Shown: positions 47,183-57,292, counted from the first letter of the stretch. The stretch: DNA of 62,776 nucleotides from an uncultured Methanosarcinales archaeon (GCA_964368095.1 CAYIZT010000001.1:1-62776), one strand, 5' to 3'. Translations and numbers: made by a program. Notes: generated by a model from the sequence alone, not told the origin.

Positions 47183-47842
47183 TCACTTCACACAATCGTG
47201 CTTCTTATATCCTTTGTTCAAGGCTTCTTCTCTGGACACAAACCAGACTCGGCGGTCTTTCTTGATCTTCTTAGCCCAATCGCATCTTGGTTCGTGATAT
47301 ACATTACTGCGCTTGCTGGCGACATATTTGCCAGGGGTGAATGTCGCTTTGACGGATTGTGTTGAGGTATTTGAAGGAGTCTTTCCTGCATGTTCTTTAG
47401 GTTCTGCGCGTTCTTTGGCTTCAACAGCAGCTTCCACCACTTTGCCATCCACAACTTTCTGCGGAGGAGGCGTTGATACTGTAGGAGCCATCGATTCGCA
47501 AGTGCAGTCATCACATACTTTCACTTTTCTGCTGCAGTTAGGCCTGCTTATCAATAAGCCCAGCAAGCTGACTAACAGCAGCACTATGTAGAATGAATCG
47601 TAGAGGAACCATAATACTAAAACATTAAGTGTGTGAAGTAAAAAAGCGGTAAATAATAATCTGTCCCCGCCTTTCTTGTAGGTCGCCAATCCTATGGTAG
47701 AAAGCAAAAGCAGGACCACTAAGACCGGCAGTGCAAACATCAAAATATTATTTTTGATAACTACTAAGTGGGCTAAGGCAAATAAAAGTATTAAAGATAA
47801 AAATGCCTGACCAAATAATCTTCCAGCTGTTTTTTGCATCAT
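47183..47842 (-). CDS. Membrane protein with a C-terminal Cys/His metal-binding motif
   Basis: 4 TM helices, then SNVYHEPRCDWAKKI...FVSREEALNKGYKKHDC. Confidence 0.5.
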   Translation of the reverse strand: MMQKTAGRLFGQAFLSLILLFALAHLVVIKNNILMFALPVLVVLLLLSTIGLATYKKGGDRLLFTAFLLHTLNVLVLWFLYDSFYIVLLLVSLLGLLISRPNCSRKVKVCDDCTCESMAPTVSTPPPQKVVDGKVVEAAVEAKERAEPKEHAGKTPSNTSTQSVKATFTPGKYVASKRSNVYHEPRCDWAKKIKKDRRVWFVSREEALNKGYKKHDCVK

Positions 47843-47940
47843 AAAAGCTATTTAGTCTACAGCTTTAAATAATTTTCTATTTGGGAGTAGTGATAGGGGC
47901 GTTTATTCTTTGCTGGGTAGGCGATTTTAGGATTTTCATT

Positions 47941-48528
47941 TTATTTCTTTAACCGGCAGACCACCATGCTGATGGCCGCACCGGTGATCCCGAACATAAT
48001 ATCCTTCTGGGCATCCCATTGGTCACCCTGCATGCCTAAGAAACTTGTACCGATAATTGAGCTGTGTGTAACGATGACCGCAAGATATTCAACGATTTCA
48101 TACAGGGCCTTAAAGGAAATTATCACCAGAAAAGGAAGGAGGTAACTTCCCCAACCTTTCAATTTTAGTTTTCTTGTACCAAATTCGTATACAGGGAAAT
48201 AAAAAGACAGTCCAAAGAAAAAGTGGACTAATCGGTCGTAGTGGTTTCTGCTTAAGTCAAACATGTTCTGTAACAAGTTGAAGAGAGGCATATTGGTATA
48301 GGTGTAATAGCTTCCGATAGTATGGAATACTAAAAAAGAAAACAAAAGAACATAGGAGGTGTTGGAAAAACGGAATTTGCGATAAGTTGTGATTAGAAAA
48401 ATGATGAAAAGGATGGTTAAAGTATTTTCTGCGACCCAAACCGCCCTATTGTAAGGATTGATGGCAACTAAAACCCAGAATACAGCAAATATCGCGAGCA
48501 GGATAGCCGGAAGTCGATCCTTTCCCAT
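47941..48528 (-). CDS. DUF2238 (YjdF-like) membrane protein
   Basis: 195 aa, polytopic, with a FHTIGSYYTY motif region. Confidence 0.5.
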   Translation of the reverse strand: MGKDRLPAILLAIFAVFWVLVAINPYNRAVWVAENTLTILFIIFLITTYRKFRFSNTSYVLLFSFLVFHTIGSYYTYTNMPLFNLLQNMFDLSRNHYDRLVHFFFGLSFYFPVYEFGTRKLKLKGWGSYLLPFLVIISFKALYEIVEYLAVIVTHSSIIGTSFLGMQGDQWDAQKDIMFGITGAAISMVVCRLKK

Positions 48529-48531
48529 AGT

Positions 48532-49341
48532 TTACAATTTTCCTCTTTCAATTAACCGTTTCATACGCTGTATAAATTCATCTGCGTCTTTGTAGTACTG
48601 GTCATAGGCTGGGCCTTTGACTTCCTTGACCTCGCGGTGGACGATCATCTTACTTAGGTGATAGAATTTACGCATGGTCTCCACATATTTTTTTTCCAGC
48701 AGGCCGTGTTTTACATAGACTTTATCCAGCATGTCAGCAACATGTTCCGGCGTGGGCGGAACTTCCTTAGCCCGCATCAGAGCGGCATGGGCTGCATCGA
48801 TGACTGCCCAATAAAGGTCAAGAGTGGCCTGAAGAACATGCCATTTGGAGTTTAGCAGAGTCTGAGGAGCACGGCCGAAGTACCGCCAGATGCTCTCTTC
48901 AGTAGGCCTGATCCTGCCGTTTTTCAGGAGGATCTGCAGTGGTTCAAAGAAACCGGTGTCCATCAAAGCTACTCCTTCGCGCAGTATGTTTACTACTACT
49001 GGATCTCCTGCTTTTGCATATTCCCAAAAAGAAGTGAAAGTCATGGAAGTGATATGTAATTTAGGAGAAGTCCTGATGACCAGTTTCTCAACGATGAGCC
49101 GGTATCCTTCAATTAAGGCTTCACTCAACTGGAACCTGGTATCATCAGTGATGACAAGGACATCGATGTCACTTTCAGGAGTGGCCTCTCTTCTGGCAGA
49201 ACTGCCAAAAACAACCACGCTAAGAAGAAAATCACCCAATTCATTCTTCAATTCCTGGGCAAATTTCTGCGCTATCTTCAGATCATCGGTAGGATAGCGA
49301 TGTATATTCTCATTCTCTTTTTTATAAATTTTAAACTCCAT
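48532..49341 (-). CDS. Nucleotidyltransferase domain fused to a HEPN-like helical domain
   Basis: GSSARREATPESDIDVLVI is a minimal NTase GS...D.D motif. The C-terminal half is helical. Confidence 0.6.
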   Translation of the reverse strand: MEFKIYKKENENIHRYPTDDLKIAQKFAQELKNELGDFLLSVVVFGSSARREATPESDIDVLVITDDTRFQLSEALIEGYRLIVEKLVIRTSPKLHITSMTFTSFWEYAKAGDPVVVNILREGVALMDTGFFEPLQILLKNGRIRPTEESIWRYFGRAPQTLLNSKWHVLQATLDLYWAVIDAAHAALMRAKEVPPTPEHVADMLDKVYVKHGLLEKKYVETMRKFYHLSKMIVHREVKEVKGPAYDQYYKDADEFIQRMKRLIERGKL

Positions 49342-49427
49342 CCTACACTACTAAATAGTTTGGCTTTATTAAGATTTTGTCAGGGATTCTCTGTAGAAAA
49401 GAGAGATTAAGACATTTAGTTCGAATT

Positions 49428-49841
49428 TCAACATATTTTAGATAAATCTCCATCAATAATAACTGGCTTTACTGCCTCAATTTCCGTTTTGTAATAAGAA
49501 ATATCGGGAATTGGATTCCAAAGGAATATTTTCTGATTTAATACATGAGCAAAGCCTATCTCTAAAAAAGTATTCCCACCGATGTAGTTTTTAATTCCGT
49601 GTTTATCTAGATTTAGCACTAAAACAGCATCAGCACCCTGCATTAGCCTCCAAAATTCCCGTATAGCATCCAAATTATTCTTTTGATAAAGTTTTATTTT
49701 CTCTTTTTCCTGGTCAGATTTACCAATGAAGGGACTGGCTAGGTCAGTTAAAAAAGCATCATGGCCTTTAGTTCGTAATTGATCACGGACTTCTAGCATT
49801 CTTTCTGTAAATTGCATACTAGCGATAATTCCTATTCTCAT
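49428..49841 (-). CDS. Nucleoside 2-deoxyribosyltransferase-like protein
   Basis: 137-aa flavodoxin-like pattern: MRIGIIASMQF...ADAVLVLN...GGNTFLEIGFA. Confidence 0.4.
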   Translation of the reverse strand: MRIGIIASMQFTERMLEVRDQLRTKGHDAFLTDLASPFIGKSDQEKEKIKLYQKNNLDAIREFWRLMQGADAVLVLNLDKHGIKNYIGGNTFLEIGFAHVLNQKIFLWNPIPDISYYKTEIEAVKPVIIDGDLSKIC

Positions 49842-49860
49842 AATCCACCAAATTAAAAAG

Positions 49861-49980
49861 CGGACCCGAGGGGATTTGAACCCCCGACCTACAGCTTAGA
49901 AGGCTGTCGCCCTATTTGGCTAACGCCCAATCCCCCCTTTCCTGAGGGAACTGCGGGTATCCAGTCTAGGCTACGGGTCC
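49861..49980 (-). tRNA. tRNA-Arg (anticodon TCT) with a 45-nt insertion at the D-loop/D-stem junction
   Basis: The minus strand reads GGACCCG-TA-GCCT-AGACTGGATA-[CCCGCAG...GCCAAATA]-GGGC-G-ACAGC-CTTCTAA-GCTGT-AGGTC-GGGGG-TTCAAAT-CCCCT-CGGGTCC-G. The acceptor stem is perfect. The gene is 75 nt mature plus a 45-nt insert. Confidence 0.7.
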
Positions 49981-50035
49981 TTGTATATACAAAACAGGAG
50001 ACAACTTTTAAATATTTCTTCGAAAGCAGCCTTGC

Positions 50036-50662
50036 ATGGGCTTCTTGATAAGTTATGAGGAAAGGCTGGTGAAAGCCAAAGGCCTGAATAAATTAGCCAA
50101 ACCAAAAGAAGAAAAAGTCAGGCAATATCTTTTTCCCGATGAATATCAGAACCTTTCTCTGCTTGCAGAGGTCCAAAAGATGAAATGTCCTGAAAATCCT
50201 GTCTTCTTTTATCCTGCCTGCGGCGCAGATGTGCTTATGCCCTTGAAATATATGGAAATACTCTTTCCCCGGCTTCGAGGTGCTACTTTTATCTTCAATG
50301 ACATCGACAATAATTTTGGTCTGATCAAAACTATTTTAGATGAAGTAGGGGTTTCTTTCAGACAAAAAAATAATTTTCTCCAGTTCTATTGGGGCGGAAT
50401 CTTGGTTGATCTGCAATACTTACGCGGAAACATCTTTCAGATCTTAGGCCAGATCCCTGCGTTTGACATTTACTTTGAACGCGCTTTCCGGATCATGAAA
50501 GGAGATCATCCAGCATACGAGGACCGCATTTTCCGGAAGCTGAAACCGCAAGGGATTGTCATCAGTGATTCTGGATTTCAGCAATTACCCTTAGAAAAAG
50601 TAGAAGTCTCTCAGGAATTGAGCGCGTATAGAGAGATGATCATCGGAATTAAAAAAAAATAA
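50036..50662 (+). CDS. Hypothetical protein
   Basis: 208-aa ORF with no recognised motif. Confidence 0.4.
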   Translation: MGFLISYEERLVKAKGLNKLAKPKEEKVRQYLFPDEYQNLSLLAEVQKMKCPENPVFFYPACGADVLMPLKYMEILFPRLRGATFIFNDIDNNFGLIKTILDEVGVSFRQKNNFLQFYWGGILVDLQYLRGNIFQILGQIPAFDIYFERAFRIMKGDHPAYEDRIFRKLKPQGIVISDSGFQQLPLEKVEVSQELSAYREMIIGIKKK

Positions 50663-51220
50663 TCATTCAATAGTTATTTTCTTAACAACTACATCTTCTG
50701 CCGGCTTATCCTGCCCGTCAGTCTTTACCGCAACAATCTCATCAACGATATCCATGCCTTCTGTCACTTTGCCAAAAACTGGATGTTTGCTGTCCAGGAA
50801 ATTATTATTCACCACATTTACAAAAAATTGGCTGCCTCCGGTGTTTGGCCCGGAATTGGCCATGGCGATCGTTCCTCTTACATTGCTCAATCCTTTTGCG
50901 AACTCGTCTTTGATCTTGTATCCTGGTCCGCCAGTGCCCCAGCGTGATTTCATAGAATCATCTTTTGACAAAGGATCTCCTCCCTGGATCATGAAATTTT
51001 CAATGACCCGGTGAAATTTAGTCTGGTCATAGAATCCTTTCTCTGCCAAGTCGATAAAATTCTTGGTAGTCAAGGGCATCTGATCTTCAAACAATTCAAT
51101 CTTGAATGTTCCCATAGTGGTCTCAAAGACCGCAGTTCTGTTTTTCATGGCTGTACCTCCGCATGATGTTAAAAATAAAAGTAGTGTTAACAACGCTCCT
51201 AATTTGAGTATCTTTTTCAT
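50663..51220 (-). CDS. Cyclophilin-type peptidyl-prolyl isomerase with a lipoprotein-like signal
   Basis: FHRVIENFMIQGGDP, MANSGPNTGGSQFF and the lipobox-like LLFLTSCGG. Confidence 0.85.
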   Translation of the reverse strand: MKKILKLGALLTLLLFLTSCGGTAMKNRTAVFETTMGTFKIELFEDQMPLTTKNFIDLAEKGFYDQTKFHRVIENFMIQGGDPLSKDDSMKSRWGTGGPGYKIKDEFAKGLSNVRGTIAMANSGPNTGGSQFFVNVVNNNFLDSKHPVFGKVTEGMDIVDEIVAVKTDGQDKPAEDVVVKKITIE

Positions 51221-51233
51221 TTTAAGTAGGCTC

Positions 51234-52343
51234 TTAAGGCAGCCAGGTCTTATTATTTTTCAGCTTGTCGGGCAGATATTTATCAATAACATAGTTCAGC
51301 CCATGCTTCGCTAACGCCTGCTGTTCCGCCCTGACTTTCATCTTGGCCATCTGTTCCAGTGCTTTTTGCCATTGCTTGTGGTGGATGACAAACGGATCAT
51401 TCTTGATCAAATCTTTGATCTTCTTGACGTCAATCTCTTTTAGGGGATGAGTGGGCAGCTTGTAATCGATGATATCTTGCGGAGTTATGCCGATAAATTG
51501 TGCTTGCGGCACACAGAAATATTCGTTGATGTGCGCAGCGTTGCCGGAACCAACTTTCAAAGTACGATAGATATTTCCAAATCCATAAGGATCACCATCA
51601 GTAAAGACATACACAGGCAGTTTTTGCTCATCCGCCAGCTTCCTGATAAATCGCCGACAGGCCCTGGTAGGGACTCCGCCCATGGAAATTAGGATGCAAT
51701 TTGCTTTCTTCCAGTACTTATGCTTGTTCAGCCGCTCAAACATACCGCTGGTCTCGATCGCCAAAATGAATTTTGCTTTTGTCTTGAACTGCAGATGCTC
51801 TCCAGAACTGGGAACGGAATATGATCCGGAACCAAATTTGGTGCAGTCGATCTCCAATTCCTTGTCGGTATCCGGATCTTTATCTATGACAATAAGTTCT
51901 CCTGCCACATCTCCGCCTTTTTCTTCAGGGATGAATCCTATCTGTTCCCTGTTCATGGTCATCATCGCTTCGATATCATCCATGACATTGTCCGATTCAG
52001 GCTGTTCCAAGAATCTTGCCTCGCCCCAGTTTTTACTGACATAGTAGGCTTCCCTCTTGGTAGCGATATCATCAGTTTCCACTAATTGTTTTGACAAGGC
52101 CATCATGCGCAGTGTCTGCGCAAAAGTCTTGATGGTGGAAGCGGTAAGCGTCCTCTCCTTCACGCCCGGCAATAGCTTGAAGTATCCTTCCTTTTCGTCG
52201 TACTCAACGTTGCTTAAGGCGCGCAAAGGGATTTTTATCTGCGGCTGCTTTAATTTCTTGATATCCTGCTGCATGCCGCCTGCCACGCCTACTATTTTCT
52301 GTACAACTTCTTTTCCTTCCGTCCCTTCTTTCTTTTTTGCCAT
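51234..52343 (-). CDS. top6A: DNA topoisomerase VI subunit A (Spo11-like)
   Basis: The catalytic Tyr region REAYYVSKNW and the Toprim region ILAIETSGMF...VFTDGDPYG. Confidence 0.9.
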   Translation of the reverse strand: MAKKKEGTEGKEVVQKIVGVAGGMQQDIKKLKQPQIKIPLRALSNVEYDEKEGYFKLLPGVKERTLTASTIKTFAQTLRMMALSKQLVETDDIATKREAYYVSKNWGEARFLEQPESDNVMDDIEAMMTMNREQIGFIPEEKGGDVAGELIVIDKDPDTDKELEIDCTKFGSGSYSVPSSGEHLQFKTKAKFILAIETSGMFERLNKHKYWKKANCILISMGGVPTRACRRFIRKLADEQKLPVYVFTDGDPYGFGNIYRTLKVGSGNAAHINEYFCVPQAQFIGITPQDIIDYKLPTHPLKEIDVKKIKDLIKNDPFVIHHKQWQKALEQMAKMKVRAEQQALAKHGLNYVIDKYLPDKLKNNKTWLP

Positions 52344-52368
52344 GATAGATATTTAGTTTAATTTGATT

Positions 52369-52959
52369 TTAGTTTACTTTTACTGGTTTTTGATATGGTG
52401 CTAATATTTGGTCAAGATAATAGGTGAGTATAGTTCTTGCCGTTTCTTTCTGTCCAGTAAAAGCCGGCAAAGTCGCTGCCATGAAATCTGCGAGAGAGCT
52501 GCTTATATTGGAATAAGCAGTGACTTGAGCATGGTCTATGCCTTGACGCAGGTTTTTGTCTGAGCAATTTGAAAGATGCACAATATAATAAGGAGTAAGC
52601 AAGCCGATGTTGACATCATTTTCTTGCACCTGGGAGATAGGATTTTCATGCTCCCAAAAGTTGTTTATGGGATGAAGTCCGAACCGTTTGGCAGTTACTT
52701 TTTTTCCTAGCGCAACAATCCTCCATGGTTGAAATCCGGCGACTCTATCTTCGGGCAGACGTTGGTAATATCTTGCCTCGTCGAATAATTTTTTAATCAA
52801 GGGTAAGCCCTGCTCTAATGTAATATCTACATCCCATTGCAGATGGTGCCTTGGTTCTTCCCTAACCTTGCTGTAATCGGCAACTTGAACCACTTTTTTA
52901 TTTCCTACTGAGATGTACTTGACCAGCGGTTCATTGCCATTGACTATCGAGATTTTCAT
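52369..52959 (-). CDS. Hypothetical protein inserted between top6B and top6A
   Basis: 196-aa ORF that starts 3 nt after the top6B stop. No family recognised. Confidence 0.5.
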   Translation of the reverse strand: MKISIVNGNEPLVKYISVGNKKVVQVADYSKVREEPRHHLQWDVDITLEQGLPLIKKLFDEARYYQRLPEDRVAGFQPWRIVALGKKVTAKRFGLHPINNFWEHENPISQVQENDVNIGLLTPYYIVHLSNCSDKNLRQGIDHAQVTAYSNISSSLADFMAATLPAFTGQKETARTILTYYLDQILAPYQKPVKVN

Positions 52960-52962
52960 ATT

Positions 52963-54711
52963 TCAAAACAAAGTGCTTTGTTCCTCCTCAGTATCAAAAT
53001 CATCATCCTCATCATCATCACCGCCAAACGCGTCTTTCATTTTTCCTTTCTTCATTTTCTTTGGCTCCTCCTCAACTTCTTCCGGCACCTCTTCATCCTG
53101 GCCGATCTTGGCCAATTCAGGATCATAATCAGGATTATCCACCCCTATCTCCTCCAATTCGCCCCTGACTTGTTCAAGCATAGTATATAAATTATCCTCA
53201 ATCTCCTTCTTGTCCTGCTCACCAAAGCCGACTATCTCTTTGAGCGCATCAGCGACGTGAGGGATATATTTTTGGATATAACCGCGTTTCTTTGCCTCTT
53301 CACCGATACGCTTTTTTTTATTTACGAATGATGCAAGCTTCCTGCCGCAGTCCTGCAGCGCCAATTTTATCTCCTTGATGATTTCTTCATAATGCGCCAA
53401 AGCTTCTTTTGATTCGGAAGTGAAGGGGACCCATACTGAAGTCATGTGCACTACTACTGAACACGGTCCTACCGGCAGTGAATTCCTACTTTGCTGTAAT
53501 CCATAAGTCTTCCAGCTGGTGTTTTGGATGGCATTTGTTATTCCGCATGCCCCCTGTTGGTACAGCAAAGGCACCCTGTTGGCAAAGCGCATGATCCTTA
53601 CCGATGATTCGGCATCTTGTTCGCCACCAAAAGCAAGGGCAGCTTCGATCACAAAAGGGTTGCCTCTGTACACCGATGCCGGCCTGGTGGCAGAACAATA
53701 AAATTCAGCATTGATCTCTTTACGCAATCCTCTTTCCAATTCTTCCGCGCCGATCGGAGAGATACAATCAGTTGGTGGCGCGATGATCTTGGTTTTTTGT
53801 ATACCTTCATACAGCTTCTCGGCCATCTCCCGCGTTATCTGTTCTGGTTTTGTTCTCGGCAATAAATAAGAGTTCTCACAGATCTCTTTTGCCGTGTTTG
53901 GGCCGACCCTGACAAATTCTTCCGTAAGAAATTGCTGTAAGGTCTTGGTCTGGGTGATCTCCAGCATCTTAATCAATCTTCCTAATTCCACTCCATAAGG
54001 GTGTGGCTTGATTTCTTTCGGCTCAGGAGGAAGGTCATTGGTCGACCTGGCAAAAATAATCTGCTGCGCTTCAGGCGTAACATAGATGATAGTGCAATGC
54101 GGGTTGACGATAGCGGTCTCTTTCAGATATTCATCTACCGACTGCCGTCCTTTGATGTAGCTGCCGTCTAGATCCACTTCGACTTTGGTCCCATGCTCTT
54201 TTCCTTCCCACTCCGTCTCTTGCTCTTCCATGATCTGCGGCAGGTTAGTTTGGGTGTCAATCTTAAGCTTCATCTGGACCGCTTTTTTGCCCGCACCAGT
54301 CTTTGAGATGACCGTAGCTGGCTTCCCAGTAGTCAGCTGGCCGTATAAGACCGTAGCAGAAATACCAATTCCTTGCTGTCCTCTGGTCGCAGCTAACTTA
54401 TGGAATTTAGAACCATACAACAATCGTGCGAAAATGTTTGGGATCTGCTTCTTGATGATTCCCGGCCCGTTATCTTCAACTATCATGCGGAAGCGGGTTT
54501 CACTCAGCGAAATTAATTCTACGCTGATTTCCGGCAGGATCCTTGCTTCTTCACAGGCATCCAGCGCGTTATCTACTGCTTCCTTTACTGCAGTAAGTAA
54601 AGCTCTTCGCGGGTTATCAAAACCTAGTAAATGCCTGTTTTTCTCAAAAAATTCAGCGATAGAAATCTCTCGCTGCTTCTTTGCCAGTTCTTCAGCGCTC
54701 TTTTCAGCCAT
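52963..54711 (-). CDS. top6B: DNA topoisomerase VI subunit B
   Basis: Bergerat/GHKL motifs ([21 protein letters not shown]), a transducer domain and an acidic C-terminal tail. The ATG at 54711 is preferred over the TTG at 54729. Confidence 0.9.
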   Translation of the reverse strand: MAEKSAEELAKKQREISIAEFFEKNRHLLGFDNPRRALLTAVKEAVDNALDACEEARILPEISVELISLSETRFRMIVEDNGPGIIKKQIPNIFARLLYGSKFHKLAATRGQQGIGISATVLYGQLTTGKPATVISKTGAGKKAVQMKLKIDTQTNLPQIMEEQETEWEGKEHGTKVEVDLDGSYIKGRQSVDEYLKETAIVNPHCTIIYVTPEAQQIIFARSTNDLPPEPKEIKPHPYGVELGRLIKMLEITQTKTLQQFLTEEFVRVGPNTAKEICENSYLLPRTKPEQITREMAEKLYEGIQKTKIIAPPTDCISPIGAEELERGLRKEINAEFYCSATRPASVYRGNPFVIEAALAFGGEQDAESSVRIMRFANRVPLLYQQGACGITNAIQNTSWKTYGLQQSRNSLPVGPCSVVVHMTSVWVPFTSESKEALAHYEEIIKEIKLALQDCGRKLASFVNKKKRIGEEAKKRGYIQKYIPHVADALKEIVGFGEQDKKEIEDNLYTMLEQVRGELEEIGVDNPDYDPELAKIGQDEEVPEEVEEEPKKMKKGKMKDAFGGDDDEDDDFDTEEEQSTLF

Positions 54712-54772
54712 TAAGCGGTGAGAGGGCAAATTATTTTTAAAAGTTTCTGAAAACTAAGGGTTTTTGAGAACC

Positions 54773-55129
54773 TCAAAGCTTACTAGTAAGATCGTCGCAA
54801 GTACCTTTAGTTGTATCAACAATTTCCGTGTCGTGACCATATTTTCGCATGGTTTCTGCGTAAGCAATTGCATAATCTTTTGCAAGGCGATAAGTTTTAT
54901 CTGATAATTCTTCTTTAGAATGCGCTATCCCGAGTAAGCCAATAGTTCGTCCAGAAACAGCTCCCTCTGTATAATTACTCTCTAAACATATAGCATAGTG
55001 ACCCTCAGCTGGACCTAGAACTCTTGTCCACCCTAACTCTTTTTCATAATCTTCTCCCTGATGCCTAATGGTATAAGAAAAATTAGAATCGCCTAAGCTT
55101 TTATTTTTAGTTATAATAATTTTTTGCAT
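54773..55129 (-). CDS. Hypothetical protein
   Basis: 118-aa ORF. Confidence 0.45.
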   Translation of the reverse strand: MQKIIITKNKSLGDSNFSYTIRHQGEDYEKELGWTRVLGPAEGHYAICLESNYTEGAVSGRTIGLLGIAHSKEELSDKTYRLAKDYAIAYAETMRKYGHDTEIVDTTKGTCDDLTSKL

Positions 55130-55184
55130 AATCCTTATTTTGGGAGATTAATTTATATTATTTTATGTTTTGTAACCTATATAC

Positions 55185-55775
55185 CTACCCAAACAAAATC
55201 TCTTTCTTTTTCTTCTCTAAGAATTGATATACCGTCTTATGCATGGAGCCTTGCAGCAACATCGCTACTGCCTGCCGGGCTAAAGAGACAGCCCCCATCT
55301 CTCCTAAAATTCCGATGGTCTTTCCGTAGATGGAGATATGTGTGTCGGTCAAGCGTTCAATCTCTGCGCGCGACTTTCCGCCGCTGCCGATGACTCTGCC
55401 TTTCAGCCGTTCCATGGTATTCTTGCTTTTCCCGGCAATGTCTTTCATGTCGATCATTTCCAGAATATGGTCCTGCTTCAATAACAGCATCGCTAATTTT
55501 GGATTAAAACCGCGGGCGATGGCACGGATGATTTCCTTTGCGGTAAACAGCATCAAGCCGTCTTCGCCGGTGATAACTACGTCACCTTCTTTAGAGATAT
55601 CCAGATGGCATTTAGTCTCTTGCTCGATCTCTTTTTTAGTCTCTCCGTTTGCGCCTATCAGCACCGCAACACGTTCTTCCGGAATTTTTAATTCATAAGA
55701 AATATCCCCATAATCATTGCTATTGCTACTATTGTTCTCTTCATAGTCCATTTCTTCTTCCTTTTGCTTGACCAT
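55185..55775 (-). CDS. KH-domain RNA-binding protein (archaeal Dim2/Pno1-like)
   Basis: Two KH-like GxxG segments (VLIGANGETKKEI and VIGSGGKSRAEI). It lies downstream of the RIO kinase gene, a pairing conserved in archaea. Confidence 0.75.
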   Translation of the reverse strand: MVKQKEEEMDYEENNSSNSNDYGDISYELKIPEERVAVLIGANGETKKEIEQETKCHLDISKEGDVVITGEDGLMLFTAKEIIRAIARGFNPKLAMLLLKQDHILEMIDMKDIAGKSKNTMERLKGRVIGSGGKSRAEIERLTDTHISIYGKTIGILGEMGAVSLARQAVAMLLQGSMHKTVYQFLEKKKKEILFG

Positions 55776-55793
55776 GGTTAATATTTACCCTGA

Positions 55794-56504
55794 TTAATCT
55801 TTTTTAGTGATCTTATATAAGATTTCCGTTTCATTTTCCTTAACTCCAAGCTTTGAAAAGAATTGCACGATATTTTTAACATCCCGCTGCAATAACTCTT
55901 CTGAATTTGGCGTCTTCACTAACGTGGCTTGAGAAAAATCTATAAAATATGGTTTTTCCTGATGATTTAGGATATTGAACGGCGACAGGTCGCCATGGAT
56001 CAGTCCTCTCTCATACAGCTTTTTCATATCTTCAATGATCAAAGCAAAGAATTTTTTTGCATCTTTTGGTTTGGCATTTTTTAACATCGGCGCAGGTTCA
56101 TCGTCACCGATCATCTCTTCAACTAAAATATGATTCATGAAGACCATCGCTTCCGGTACACGGATCTTAGCCTCTTGCGCTCTTACCAGATTTTTATATT
56201 CCCGCTGGGTCCAGGCCAGGATGATCTGCCGGCGATGCTTCTGCAGAAAATCATAGCGCGGATCTTTCTTGATGTACTCAAACATGCGGTTGAAATCAGC
56301 GTTTTGGATACGATAGATCTTGACGATCACTTTATCTTTACCGCTGCTGGCCAGGAAGACATTGCTTTCCTTCCCCACCAAGACTGGACTGATCAGTTCA
56401 TCGAAATGCCCCCTGCTCTGTAGCTCAAATAAAGTCCGGTTGGTGAACTCATCAAAGACACCTTTCAGCGTTTTGAAGCGTTCTTGGTAGGTAAATTGGG
56501 TCAT
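55794..56504 (-). CDS. RIO-type serine protein kinase
   Basis: LVGKESNVF is the P-loop-like segment, VIVKIYR holds the Lys, LIHGDLSPFNIL is the catalytic loop and IDFSQA is the metal-binding segment. Confidence 0.8.
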   Translation of the reverse strand: MTQFTYQERFKTLKGVFDEFTNRTLFELQSRGHFDELISPVLVGKESNVFLASSGKDKVIVKIYRIQNADFNRMFEYIKKDPRYDFLQKHRRQIILAWTQREYKNLVRAQEAKIRVPEAMVFMNHILVEEMIGDDEPAPMLKNAKPKDAKKFFALIIEDMKKLYERGLIHGDLSPFNILNHQEKPYFIDFSQATLVKTPNSEELLQRDVKNIVQFFSKLGVKENETEILYKITKKD

Positions 56505-56717
56505 GATATCCTAAAAGGGCTCTTTCTTTAAAAAAGCTCCATTAACTACCCCGTAGTAATAATCCTCCGTAAAATTTATAAATAAACACTACTCTGCAGT
56601 TACATTAACACCTCTAAACCACCTCTTTCCTCAGCAGATCTAAAGCTTCGGTTTTAGGTTTGCTGGGGTTTTTTTAAATAGAAAGATTTTAAATATAACC
56701 CGGGTTGTCAAAATAAA

Positions 56718-57158
56718 ATGAATAAAACTAGTATTTTTACCGGAATCTTAGGAGGGATAATCGGAGCAGTTGGGATGTATTCTTATCAAACACAAATAAC
56801 TCCTTCAAGTCCCGCCCCTCAAGAACAAAATCAAGAATGCAATGATTGGCGTTCTAAGGCAATAAAAGATTGTATTGAAGTGATAATGGAGCAAAACCTG
56901 TATCTGGTACGCCGTGATTATCCCGCTTGGGAGAAATGTTATGATAAAAGAGATCGGGAACACTGTATGTTCAGCGATCCCGAAATGAGCATGTACGGAG
57001 AATTGACAAACGCTTATATTTCGGGCCAAGTTCCTGAAAAGTACAATCTAACATCTAACGAAAGAATAGAAAATGCGGCAAAATTAGGACAGTTTACTAG
57101 AAAAGACGCAGAAAATCACTGTTCAGAAAACCCCGTTATCTACGTCCCAACTAGGTAA
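56718..57158 (+). CDS. Membrane-anchored Cys-containing hypothetical protein
   Basis: 146 aa with an N-terminal TM. Confidence 0.45.
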   Translation: MNKTSIFTGILGGIIGAVGMYSYQTQITPSSPAPQEQNQECNDWRSKAIKDCIEVIMEQNLYLVRRDYPAWEKCYDKRDREHCMFSDPEMSMYGELTNAYISGQVPEKYNLTSNERIENAAKLGQFTRKDAENHCSENPVIYVPTR

Positions 57159-57218
57159 CTCTTATTCCCTAACTTTCTACCAAAGGATTTATATACTATA
57201 CCCTATAAAAGAAAATTA

Positions 57219-57292
57219 GCCCGCCACAGAGAGTACCTGTGGGAGCACACGGCTTAAGCCAAGCTGTGAACTCAGGCGTTAGTGACGCGGGC
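57219..57292. ncRNA. Candidate structured RNA (GC-rich island in an AT-rich spacer); identity unknown
   Basis: GCCCGC (57219-57224) pairs with GCGGGC (57287-57292). An internal hairpin CACAG-AGAGTAC-CTGTG is present. The segment is visibly GC-richer than its flanks. I could not fit a tRNA cloverleaf on either strand. Confidence 0.25.

Noticed and set aside
54185-54721. 178-aa plus-strand ORF within top6B. Similar shadow ORFs lie at 2063..2779, 34837..35355, 35659..36078, 51682..52356 and 57485..58252.
   Set aside because: Each lies antisense to a longer ORF with clear family motifs or a better coding pattern, so I treated them as non-coding.
57219-57292. 74-nt GC-rich element as a tRNA
   Set aside because: It has no T-loop consensus and no cloverleaf on either strand, despite a tRNA-like length and a closing stem. 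I keep it only as a low-confidence ncRNA candidate.
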